Of a stretch of DNA of 64,000 bases, positions 1 to 11,310 are shown piece by piece. Both the position numbers and the translations under genes were made by a program. Position 1 is the stretch's first letter, and each line of letters starts with the position of its first letter. The stretch is from contig OZ316775.1 of NCBI GenBank assembly GCA_973851085.1, forward strand, positions 12,338,001 to 12,402,000. The letters are read 5' to 3'. Origin of the DNA: Ptychomitrium polyphyllum (Eukaryota). Below the pieces are notes generated by a model. That model made no database searches. It saw only the letters and a program-made list of their open reading frames with translations, and was not told the DNA's origin.

Positions 1-254
1 AGGCCGTGCTGAACATGTGGATTCATAAAAAAGCTGCACTGGGCAAGCGGATTGCGGAACATCTGAAAGTGGTAAAGAACCAGGACTCCGTCGTGCACTC
101 AGCGCAGGGCTCCCACCAAACATCCTCGTTGTGGAGGAAAGGGGAAGAAAATAGCAGGTATCTTGTGGTTCATCAGGAGCACGGGCGGGCCAGTGCTGAA
201 CTTCGAGAGGAACTGTGCGGATTGGATTCCAGTTTCTATCAACGGTGCTTGTAA
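1..254 (+). CDS. Possible 3' end of a gene entering from the left edge; product unknown
   Basis: Frame is open from the window edge to TAA at 252-254 in GC-richer sequence, followed by UTR-like DNA. No recognisable motif. Confidence 0.35.
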   Translation, partial: AVLNMWIHKKAALGKRIAEHLKVVKNQDSVVHSAQGSHQTSSLWRKGEENSRYLVVHQEHGRASAELREELCGLDSSFYQRCL

Positions 255-643
255 TATTTACTCATTGTCACACTGAAAACATGCACAAGTTTATAAGAAT
301 ATGGTGTTGTGGTGCATATGTACTGCAAGTGGTAATAATCATGAAGAGTATTAAACTGATCATACCAAATAGGTTGGATCGCGGTTCTATAAGCCATCCT
401 CTCAAGGTTTGAAGCAATGGAGTAGGAGCTGTACTCATTAGCGTCACTGCTTGAAAGAGATCGGATCAGAGAGCGACCATCTAAGAACCTGTGTACCATT
501 CTCATGGGGTTGACTAACACTCGGAGCTCTGGACTAGATTTCCAAGCAAAGGAGGAATCGGTATCAGCTCCGCTCAATTGACATGTTTACAAGTTACCCC
601 ATTTACTAAGTGTTTATTTACTACTTTAGATGTAGGTTTACCA

Positions 644-753
644 TTTGGTTCTCAGACCTTTCTTCTCTGATGAGATGTTCAATTCTTTTGGTTCTCAGAC
701 CTTTCTTCTCTGATGAGATGTTCAATTCTTTTATTATTATTATTATTATTATT
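644..753. repeat. Exact 43-bp tandem duplication followed by an (ATT)n microsatellite
   Basis: TTTGGTTCTCAGACCTTTCTTCTCTGATGAGATGTTCAATTCT occurs twice (period 43), then ttattattatt... to ~753. Confidence 0.9.
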
Positions 754-2143
754 TTCTACAAATGCTTTTTTGCCTGTGGCAAGAGCAGAGTTTTAACAGT
801 TTGCTATTTTCTTGTGTCTATTTGGTGAATAATATTGTTTTAAGTTGTGCACACATGCATTGCAATCACTTGACCCAAAAACTTGCTATTGTCACGACGT
901 CACGATTTGCGCTCGATTTCAGGTTTCAAGAAAACAGTAGACTGGATAGTTTATCGTGTTAGACTTGTGTTCACATAAAGAGCGAATTAGAGAATCTAGT
1001 GTTGTTACGTACTGCCATTCTCCCCCATCTCAGGCTCCTAGCGCCGGAGCTGTTTTCAAGTTGGGAAGCATAATGGATAGCACATGCTGAATAGCCAGGC
1101 AGGCTGTCACTGGAAATTTACGCTACAACCACTGCAAGAAATTGAAAGACTGTACTGAGTACTGTATATAAAAAAAAAATCATGAAAACAAGTTCTCGAA
1201 GTAAATGCACACCATCCTAATGAAATTTTCACTGGACTTGATGCCTGCCAAAATGTAAGTTTGTCCCTACCACTATACTCACTCATGGACACAAGATGGC
1301 ATACGTGATGTCCAAATATCCAGGTTTATCAATTACAAAATAACCGCGCCTTGTAAACAATTCAAATGTTCCTAAGCACTCATTAATGAAAAATTAACTA
1401 AAGGAAAGTGGAAAGATCTGTTTTCTCTCCTCCTAATTTATTTCTAGTCATGAAATAAATCCAGAATAACTTCTGAATGTACTATCCCCATATCCTACGC
1501 ATTGGCCCCTCATGAACCTCTACACAAAAAGAATTCACTTTCTCAACAACTTATTAAATCGGGTCTGCCAAGTGGAGAACATGAATCGATCCCCAACCTA
1601 ACAGATGAACACTGAATTTTGACAGCGCACTGATTACTATTAATTCTAATGTAGAAAACAGACCTATGGCTAAGCTTTCTTGACGAAGATGACCATAAAT
1701 TGAATCTACCGTGCACTGATCTTCAATCTCTTAAACAGCCATTTCTGTAGACATCCACAATACAGCACTTCTCCTTCCCAAGGGATCTACAGAAAGAACA
1801 AAACCGTCGTACAAAACCGTTAATTCTTGCAAGGTATAGAAACAACTGCATTACACAACTGAAGCTCACAATGTCAAGTACTCGCACACATTTCTTTAAG
1901 CCTAGGAAGTTACGAATAGAATCGCTCTTCTTGCATTAAAGTGGTGTGTTGCTGTAGCAGGCTTACTCTTGTTCTAGCAGCGAATGCATCCTCGAGTTGA
2001 TAAACAGCAGCACTTACAACCAGAATTAGGTCCACCTTCAAAACCTCATACATGTATGTATGCACATGAGTTTGCCTCACACATGAGTTTGACAATGTAG
2101 CTCTCAGGTTTAGGGTTTAGGGTGTACTAAAGGCCTTCATTAA

Positions 2144-3843
2144 CTATATACCGGCGCTGGCAGCATATGAAGACAAGTCTTCTTTGTGCCTCTTGCTAAA
2201 AACCCCCATGACCCCTTTGTGTGTATTCACAACAGAGCGAAGATTCTTCCCAGTCATCTCTTGAAACACTCGACATGCCTCATCAACGCGTCCCTTTGTA
2301 TCAAGACCCTTAATCAACGCTGCATGAGCGATCGCGTCAGGGCTCAGACCCCGGTCTTCCATTTCCTGGAAAATGATAAACGCTTCGTCCACGTAGCCGG
2401 CCGTGCAAAGCCCTTCAATTAGACCATTGTATGTAAAATTATCCGGAACGTAACCATATTCCATCATTTTTGTGTATATGGACATGGCTTCCAAAGCTCT
2501 GGCACTCCAGACTAAAGAACGTATAACACACTTGAAAGTGAACGCATTGGGACTCCATCCATATTGCACCATTTGATTGAACGTTTCCACCACCCTGTCG
2601 GTATCGTTAGCCCGAGTAAATCCTAGCAAGAGAATGTTGAATGTCGAGGTGTTTGCTTGAAGACCTTGACGATGCATATCCTGCAAACACACAATCTCAA
2701 CTGAACATGATGTAGCAAACAGGGATAAAACACAATCACTGAAAAAAAAAATTAATTGGACCTCAGGTGAGAAGGTTGAAATATAAACAAAGGCGAGAGT
2801 AAGCGAGAAGCACTCACAACCACCACCTAATAAATCGAATATTTTCAGCACATACCGAGAATGGCCATCAAGTGTACATCAAAGAGTAGGATATGGTTTT
2901 AAGATATCTACCAAAAGAACTTAAAGCTCTCATAATTTCTCAATACAATGGCAGACAAGATATCCTTACGTGCGTTAACGTGCTCTTCAGTCTGTTTTCA
3001 ACACGCCAAAACAGAAACAAAACCATTCTAGAGAGTGCAATTAAGTTCAGCACTCTTGGTATTGGTTATGGGTACTTCTACCTCTCAGGTCATCGCAACC
3101 TCAGGACGGTTGTTTAAGAAAAGTAAGAATAAATTTAACAATGTAAGAGCAGTCTCCAACAAGTTTCGAAGCATCACACTTGGTTCGTCAATGGTTATTA
3201 AACCCTAAATTGTTTAGCCAGGTCACAAAGGCCGCATAACTATTGCGGAGAATCAGTCTAGATGGTGGGCAGAAGAGTTAACTCACCGAGCCAAGCAAAA
3301 AGATATCGAGATTGTGGTACGCGAGTGAGACGATACCTGGAGCAGCTGATTCTGCGTGTCGAATTTCTGGGCCGCACCCATGATCTCGATAATAGCATGA
3401 TAAGCTTGCAAGCTCTGGTGGAAGGAGGGCTGCTGTCTGGCCCATAGAAAGAAACAACGCGCCATGTCAGGGTCATCGAGTCCTCGGAGTATTCTGTTCA
3501 CGAGCTTGGATCGCAATCGTATGTTCAGCTTCTCCAACTCATTCACAGTGTCAATCCCCCACTCCCCCCTCTTGATTACTATACAAATCTTCTCCACGAA
3601 CTTCGCCTCTGCTGCTCTCAAATTCATCTGCCCATTCCTGACCACGGAATTAGTCCAACTGGCGTTCCCAGCGACAGCCTCCTCGCACTCGCGCCATCTC
3701 GTGATGTTGTGGAAACACGCATTGACCCATGACGGAGAACCGCATGCCGCCGCAGCTAAAACCCTCAAGTGGGTCGGAGGCGGTGGCGATGCGACGACTC
3801 TCTGCAGCAGATGGGAGAATGCTCGCCCCTGAGTTCTCCACAT
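2144..3843 (-). CDS. P-type pentatricopeptide repeat protein, 2 exons (3843-3337, 2680-2144), ~347 aa, probably mitochondrial
   Basis: Phase-0 GT-AG intron (CAG|GTATCG ... TTGCAG|GAT). Tandem ~35-aa PPR motifs (PNAFTFKCVIRSL, PDNFTYNGLIEGLCTAGYVDEAFIIFQEM, PDAIAHAALIKGL). The typical 'FFLWARQQPSF' segment precedes the repeats. The N-terminus is Arg-rich and lacks acidic residues. Confidence 0.9.
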
Positions 3844-4416
3844 CCTGTTACCGCTACCTCCCCAACGTTCCCTCTCCCCATAAAACTAATTCTCTCGAAT
3901 GTCCATCACACAAGTGCACTCCCAAGTGAGAAAATCGACAAACATGGACCACGGAAGATGAAAGCAAACTGAAAAGCAGAACATCATCACTAAAACCAAC
4001 GTTATTGTAACTAAATAATTTCATTATTATCCACTCTAAATGACATACGGTGCCAGGTGACCTTCGCGTATGACATCATGATGCTACGTACATGTGGAAG
4101 AATCTAAGAGTCGATGCGTTTGGTTCGGCTCGCTGCTGCAGCATCACGCCATTTCGATCGCTCATCAGAGCTCATCTTCTTGTTGGCAACCATCTACTGC
4201 TCGGTAGAGACATCTCTGATGCCCGTTTCGCAGGTGCTAGTGCATGTGGGTTTGTGACATTTTGGTTTTTGTTAGAGTTTTTCGTGGTTTGCAGACAATT
4301 GGGGTTTGAGGCGTTCTTTCTCATTTGGGTGGGCGTGGTTGTGTGATGCAGCGTGGTTTTGCGAGGGTTAGTTTGGTGGGAGAGGAGACGGGGGCTAATC
4401 GATTTCAGGGAGCAGG
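3844..4416. promoter_or_regulatory. Short divergent (probably bidirectional) promoter and 5' UTR region between the PPR and glutaredoxin genes
   Basis: The two ATGs face away from each other and are only 573 bp apart. Confidence 0.6.
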
Positions 4417-6183
4417 ATGTTGAGGACGGGCGGACGAGGGTTGTCGCAGTTGCTTCGAAGGGCTGTGGCAGCGGCACCGCCTGCAGCTCATGGTGGCCAG
4501 TTGAGGGTTTTAGCTGCGGCGGCGTCCACGGTTTCCTCTCTATCACGGCTCAATGCCAGTATGGCTCTCACTTCGATCGTGTTTCTCTTTTTGTTTGGAG
4601 TTTTCTTTGGAGATTTCATGATCGTATGTCATTTCAGGGAGTAGGAATGGTTCACGAGTGATGGCCTACTGCTGTGCTTGAAGGATGCTCTCAGCAAGCG
4701 TAGTTGTGGTGTTGGAGTTTGCTGGCATTCGGACTTTCCTACTCGCACCGAAACCTTAGGAATGATTGGTTCTAGCGTCTTCTTGACCATTTCCAATTCT
4801 TCAGAATTAGGGTATAAAAAAAGAGCGTTGGAATTGTTTGGGAAGGAGACGAACCCGGGTGATCTGGATGGCGTGTTTCTTGTGGAGTTCAATTTGATAG
4901 AGTAACAGTTTGTGAGATGTTGAACCGCCTTTGTTAATTTGCTGCATTTATTGTGCGGAAAGCGAATCTATTCATTGACATCGGAGTGTTTTCGGATTAG
5001 CAGTCCCATGGTTTCAACAGCTTGCTAGCATCACCATACCTGCTGGAGACGAAGCAGATTCGCATGACGACTTCAAGCCCGTCCAGAATCAAGCTTCTTC
5101 TGTCTCCTCCGCGCATGAGGCTATTGAGAAGGTATCCCACGTCATCCTGTAGCCGCCCCTCGCTTTTTATTCGGTGGTATTAAGCGGTGCTTATTGTTGC
5201 ACTTTTACAACTTGATTTTACTTCCCGATCCCTAAAAGATTGTAACGATCATAATGTGGGTCTCTGCTGTTGATGGTCACAGGATGTGAAGGAGAATCCA
5301 GTGATGGTTTACATGAAAGGGGTTCCTCAAGCGCCTCAGTGCGGATTTAGCGCCATGGTTGTTCGTATTTTGGAAGAATATGGTAAAGTATTCCACACTA
5401 TGCCAAGTAGATTGCTTTGAAAGTCAAGTTGATGTAACATGTATGATTTTGGACCGTCTGGAAGCATCAAGGTTATTTTATTGAAACTGCAGCTGTCAAG
5501 TTAGGTGTTTTGAGAGGTTGTTATATAATCTTGTCCTGTTGGAGAAATCAAGTAGGGATATTCTTAATTTGATGCTGATCTTTTAGTTTATCAGTAGAGC
5601 TGATTTACAAGGCACGTGCATGCTTAAAATACAGAGGTAGATTACCAGTCGAGAAATGTTTTAGCTGATCCGGAGCTCAGAACGGCCATCAAAGATTACA
5701 GGTACCTTGTTTTTGTATTGAGTGATAAATGGAGAATGGAACTTGTTTGCCCTTGTTGTTGATTGATTCGTCAGAGCTAGTTGATGAGCCTTATATTCTC
5801 TTTGAATCATAAGGTCAATTGCAAATACTTCGAGGAAGTCCTAGAAGCAAGGTCACTTACTCGTCAATGATTGTCAAAGTCAAATAGAACTGACTCGTGC
5901 TTTCTGAATGCAGCAAATGGCCAACTATTCCACAGGTTTATGTAAACGGCGAGTTTGTTGGAGGGTCCGACATTCTCATATCTATGCACCGGGTAACTCT
6001 ACCTTTGCGGTTATAATCTTTGCGTTGCTTGAGTACTATGCTATGTATGTGGATTACAGTGTCGAGCTCAAGCACAGTATCTGATTGACCGATTGAAATC
6101 CTGATTTACCTGTGCGGCAGTCAGGGGAGCTTGAGACACTATTGAAAGATGTGAAGAAGGTGGAGAGCCCATTCCTTTCCTAA
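4417..6183 (+). CDS. GRXS15: Monothiol (CGFS) glutaredoxin, mitochondrial GRXS15-like. Exons 4417-4558, 5001(or 5004)-5131, 5283-5382, 5635-5701, 5914-5992, 6121-6183; ~193 aa
   Basis: All introns are GT-AG with consistent phases. The spliced protein has [49 protein letters not shown] and SGEL, which match plant GRXS15. Confidence 0.93.
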
Positions 6184-8299
6184 GTGAGCTTTTCCTACAG
6201 AATTCAAACCTTGGATCGGTTATGGGATGACTTGTCATGCCTGTTTGACGTTAATATCGCTGTAACCTTCAGAAATTCTGCATCGAGTTGAGATTCATGG
6301 AAGGAGTTTAGTGCTAAAAATCCAGGTTTCAAGTGTAAGAATTGAGTTGTGCAGTGTGCGATCTCATACTCACGGTTAACTCTGACGGTATAAGCTTATG
6401 TTGAATGTATGGGTGCTGGTGAATGTTGCTATCACGTCTTCCAGCCACCTTTTCTAAAAGGATTTGGGAAACCTGCTTTGTTTTTTTTCCTTGACTTCTT
6501 CGTGACTTCTTCTAGTTATTACAACGAGTTTCTTGAAACTATTTGAACTTGTGTTTGAAGGTCGAAATGGTGGTGAAAGTTGTTTTATCGGCCTCACTCT
6601 TAAGTTCGAATTGGACATTTGTTTGGACGTTGCCTGGATCAAAGTTCGCTCTTTTAGTGTTTTTTCCGATTTGCAATTGTTGCATATAGTTATGTGAAGG
6701 AAATAGACTGATATAAACAAAAGTAGAGTGAGTGTGGTTGTTGTCTTCCTGTGAAACTTGAGGATGAGAAATAACTAAGTAACTGGTAGCGCCAGTTTTG
6801 ATTAAAACCAAGGAGTATTTGTAACTAACATCTTGCTGCGTAGACACCACTTGCAAGTGTTTTCTACATTTGAATGTGCATACGGTGGCATGCAAACGAG
6901 GTTGCATGTTGTATTGCGGTTCTTGGACTTGAAATTAATTGTTGAAAAATGTGTTTTTTTTAATACTCAAATTGCAAAGAATAGAGTCTATTTAGTTACA
7001 ATATATCTTTTGGAATGGTTGGAGGAATGCGATTCCAACTTAGTTTTAGGAAATTGCATCTTATTTAATTTAAGAGAATACTTTGGCTTTGCTTCTTTCC
7101 AAGTGAATAATAAAAAGATGATGAGATTGATGAAGATTATCAAAATTTTGATAATTCTCTCTTTTCTTTTTATATCCTTCTTTTTCTTATATTTTTTCTT
7201 TCTCTCTTTTCCATCATGTTCCTTTCTTTTCTTTCATTTGCATTCATTTTTATTTTTTCTTTTATATTGTTTTTTTATATTTATAGATATATAGATCAAC
7301 TATAACTATGGTATGACCTTTGAATGATTTTTGAATACCTTTAATATGAAATTATTTAAAGAATGAATTCATTTTTATTAAGAATATGAAATATCTTTAA
7401 AAAATTGTAAGAAATATTTTATAAAAAAATAGATGTTTGAAATTTTAAAAAGCCTTCATAGTTACATCTTGCAAAACAAATCTTTTACAAATTTATAATC
7501 ATAAGTCTTTTCTTATATTTTAAAAATCATTTGATGGCTTATGTATCCAATGTATAGGTAGTACATTATTTGTGCTACATTTGATATAATATTTTAATAA
7601 ATTAGATAAAGAATTTATTATTAATTTCTAAATAAAATTTGAAACTTTATAATAATCAATGTAGATCTTTTAAAAGAAAAAAGATCTTGAGGTAGATACA
7701 TATAGTATAATTTAATATAAAAATCATTTATTGAATGATTTTATTTTTACATAAGATGTTTTTGGAAGTGTTCTTCTTGAATTGGTCCAACTTAAAGATT
7801 AAGCTTCTAGACCTTTAAGTAGCAAAAAGATAATACTTAAAAATATGTAATATATAACAAATAAAGGTGATTTTTTTTAAATCACATTTATATATATAAC
7901 ATTAATTGAAGGTGCAATAAATAATAATTATTAGGAAAAAAAAGTACATATGGAATAATACAACAATTAAAAAATATATATATTAGTATTTTGGTAAGTG
8001 CACTAAATTTGACAATTGTTAGATATTTTTTAATATACTTCAACTTGGAATTAAGATGATCAACTACCATGGACTATTGCTCAATATAGGTATAAACAAC
8101 ATAAGTTCAATTACATTTTAAAATTCAACTTTGTGGAGGTAGTTGCATCAACTCTATGATTTCATCTTCTTTGGTTTTCGCTACATTATTCACTTGTACC
8201 ATTTGAAATATCTCTATATTAATTAGCAAATAAGGTGCATTTTAGTGAAATTCTTCTTTGTAAAAAATATATTCAAAAAGCTTCATAGCCAAAGATTCT

Positions 8300-9524
8300 T
8301 TTTCAAAGATGAATTCCTATGTTCAATTGAAAATCCCTTCTAATTGGTTTATTTCTTAATCATCATTTTATATCACCAAAGACATTCAAATTTGGAAGGA
8401 AATAAAAAAAATTGTGCCATCAATCATGTAAAATTGTTGATGGTTTGGCTTCTTTTTTCCAAGCCTTAACAACTATGTAAATTACTTGGTAACTACTTCA
8501 TTCTTCAATAAATGATTGAACTTATATTACACAAATGACTTCTTATAATGAGCCTTAAATGACTTGATAATTTTAGCATCCATTGATTGGAACTTATTGG
8601 TAGTGTTAAAAAGGAGAATTCCAGTGTCACAATTAAAAGCTAGATGTTTACAACTTTGTGTCTTGAAAAATTATCCACAGAAGCAAAACCATTTCTTCAT
8701 CTAATGCCACTATGTTCTTCTCAAAATCAACCAAGAATACCTCAAAAAAAATTGTAGTCATCTAAGCCTTAATATTTGCTTTCCGTAATATCCCAACATT
8801 ATTAGGATTAAAAATATGTCTATAATAAAAGTTTGGAATTTATATGATTTATTAATGTTGAAGCTAGCATGTTGTTAGCTAGTACAATTATAATTGTTCC
8901 CTTCTATTGTTTTGTACCTACCAATAGCTTAATACCTAAAGTCTTATTTGATTCTAAACAATAAAACAACCATGTTTTATTTATATTGAAAATAGCATCA
9001 AGGTTATAACCTTCAACAACAATATATAAATACTCTATTTCTTTAGATCATCTACTTTATTACAACCACAAATGTTGCTTTTTCATGTCTAGTATTGGCC
9101 CTTAATACCATGTCTCTTTTAAAATCCATCTATCCATCTATGAGAGAATGTTAACTTTGGCATCTTTGGTGTCAACCAACTGTTGTGCATAAAACTGCTT
9201 ACATGCCTTAATAACCAAATCATTTATTAAAACAATATTATTTTAATATTTAATATTATTGCCTTATATTAAAATAAATTTAATAAAAAGGGCTTCTTTA
9301 ACTTTTGGAGACACACCTTCCTTCATTCTTTTGACATTCAATTTAAACTTCAAATACTCTTCTTTCCATTGCAATAATCAAGAAATAGCCATTTCATACA
9401 CTTTGAGATCAACTATTTGGCTTACTCAAAGTACTAGAATCTTGATAATGATGAAGCTTCCAATTCTTCTATGATACAATAAAATCTCTCTCCTTTACTC
9501 ATTGCTTAATACCTTCTTGACCAT
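8300..9524 (-). pseudogene. Decayed pogo/Tigger-like (CENP-B HTH + DDE_1) transposase
   Basis: Manual translation of the minus strand gives family-typical remnants in the right order: FSHRW..FKKRHGI (~9150-9105, across a frameshift), AIFNINKTWLFY (~8995), ANIKA*MT (~8780), NTTNKFQSMDAKIIKSFKAHYKK (~8610-8540). Many stops; the 3' boundary is approximate. Confidence 0.75.
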
Positions 9525-10064
9525 AATAATAACCTCCAATCTATAAATTAATAAACCAATATACAAAAACTAATTTAGTCACTATCTACTCACCCATTCC
9601 ACTACAACACTCACTATTCACTTATCCATTCTACCAATTCTCCTTTGTCATCTAATAATCACCACCTACTCTCTCACCAATCAATCATCAATTATAATAA
9701 TAAGCATTTGTACATACTCTAAATACCAAAAGGAAGGGGAATATTATATAATATGGTACAATAAAGAAGAAGCATTGATAGTTCTTCAGTGTAATTTATA
9801 CTTGCAAAAGGAGGCTACATAAAAAACTCTTAATCCTTATCTTAAAATTACATATTTTTATGTAATCGTACATACAAATGATTAATTATACATTACACAT
9901 ATTAATTGAAATACAATATACTAGTAGAAATAATAAAAATAACAATTATCAATGGCAGATTAACAAAAGTTGTGTAACATTTAATATATAACATTTGCAA
10001 GTGTGATTTTTTTGAGAGCTTCAAAAACATAACAACTAATCCATCATAACATTTAAAGAAATAA

Positions 10065-10300
10065 CATTCAATAAGAGTTGATTATATGAACATATGCCTA
10101 GTACATATCCCTAATGCATAAGAATCAACTATATACCTTGTTCACAAGGGTCAAATGTATGCCTAATGCATAAGGATCAACTATATACCTAATGCATAAG
10201 GATCAATTATATGTGCATAAGGGTTGACTATGTGATCCACAAAAGGATCAATTGTAGTGCATAAGAGTTGACTATATGATCTCAACAATGCATAACAATT
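10065..10300. repeat. Degenerate short tandem repeats (TGCATAAGGATCAACTATA-like)
   Basis: About 6-8 imperfect copies of gcataag-gatcaac/gttgac-tata. Confidence 0.65.
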
Positions 10301-11310
10301 TGACCTCAACAATACAAGCACGCAGCCTAGATAGAGCAATTTAGTGCAGTTTTACACAGAAACACAGTAAATCGTATATTCATTTACAGAATTCCAAAAA
10401 GCATCCCTGTTCTTTTCGAGTCATTACGATAGCTGTACTGTACATAATTTTTTTCCTTTCACATAAAACAATTTGTAGAAGGTCTACCAAAAACTCAGAT
10501 TTCGTAAAGATCTGTGTTGCGTGCCTAATCCTCTGATTGTACTTGGAAATTGGGATGATTTCGAGGATTAGAAAATAGCTCAAACAAACATAACACATCA
10601 TCGAATTTCATAATCAAACTGACACATCTGTTCTCATTAAATCTGATGTCAAACCCCTAAACAGCCAAAACTCAGCATACATGAAGATCGCCGCAATAAT
10701 ACACTCTCCTTCCAGATGGTCTAAAGTAACATTAGAGAGAGGCATCCTACAATGCAAGGGTCGCAAATCCCTATCCACTAAGATCCAATGTGATTAGCCC
10801 TGTATTTTTCTTCCTAAACACCCCCTTCACCAAACTTGAAACCCATTGCCATCAAGGTCGTTAAATTACATGATAGAGCAGCTCTCCAGGGGTCATCTGC
10901 ACAATACAAAACATGCAAATAAGATTATTATTCCCCGCAGTGATTTCCAAGGATTTTTCACGAGTGAAAAATAACACTACCACAACAACAAACTAATTAA
11001 TTAATTAAGCAGACTATCCATCTACATATTTACAAAGGGCCAAGATATCATGGAATAGGATACAACTCTCGGAACATTTTCCAAGACGAGAGTAACGGAG
11101 TGTGTTAAAAAGGTAAAGAATATTATCATACCTTAGAAAAGAGCTAGGATTACAATAGGCCTGCGAAAGAACTGAATCTTTAAGAAATCCTGCTTCGCAC
11201 ACATAGTGGACACTCTCCTGCCCGTATATCCACACAATACCTGGATATTCTAAAGCCGCGTTGTCTAATCTCAAATTTGTTATTCTATGCTTTCTTTACG
11301 TAAATTTTCT

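Noticed and set aside
2109..2122. TTTAGGG x2 as an interstitial telomere
   Set aside because: Only two units in a 3' UTR. At most a telo-box-like motif or chance.
6833..7294. 153-aa hydrophobic ORF
   Set aside because: Produced by T-rich low-complexity sequence, with a non-ATG start.
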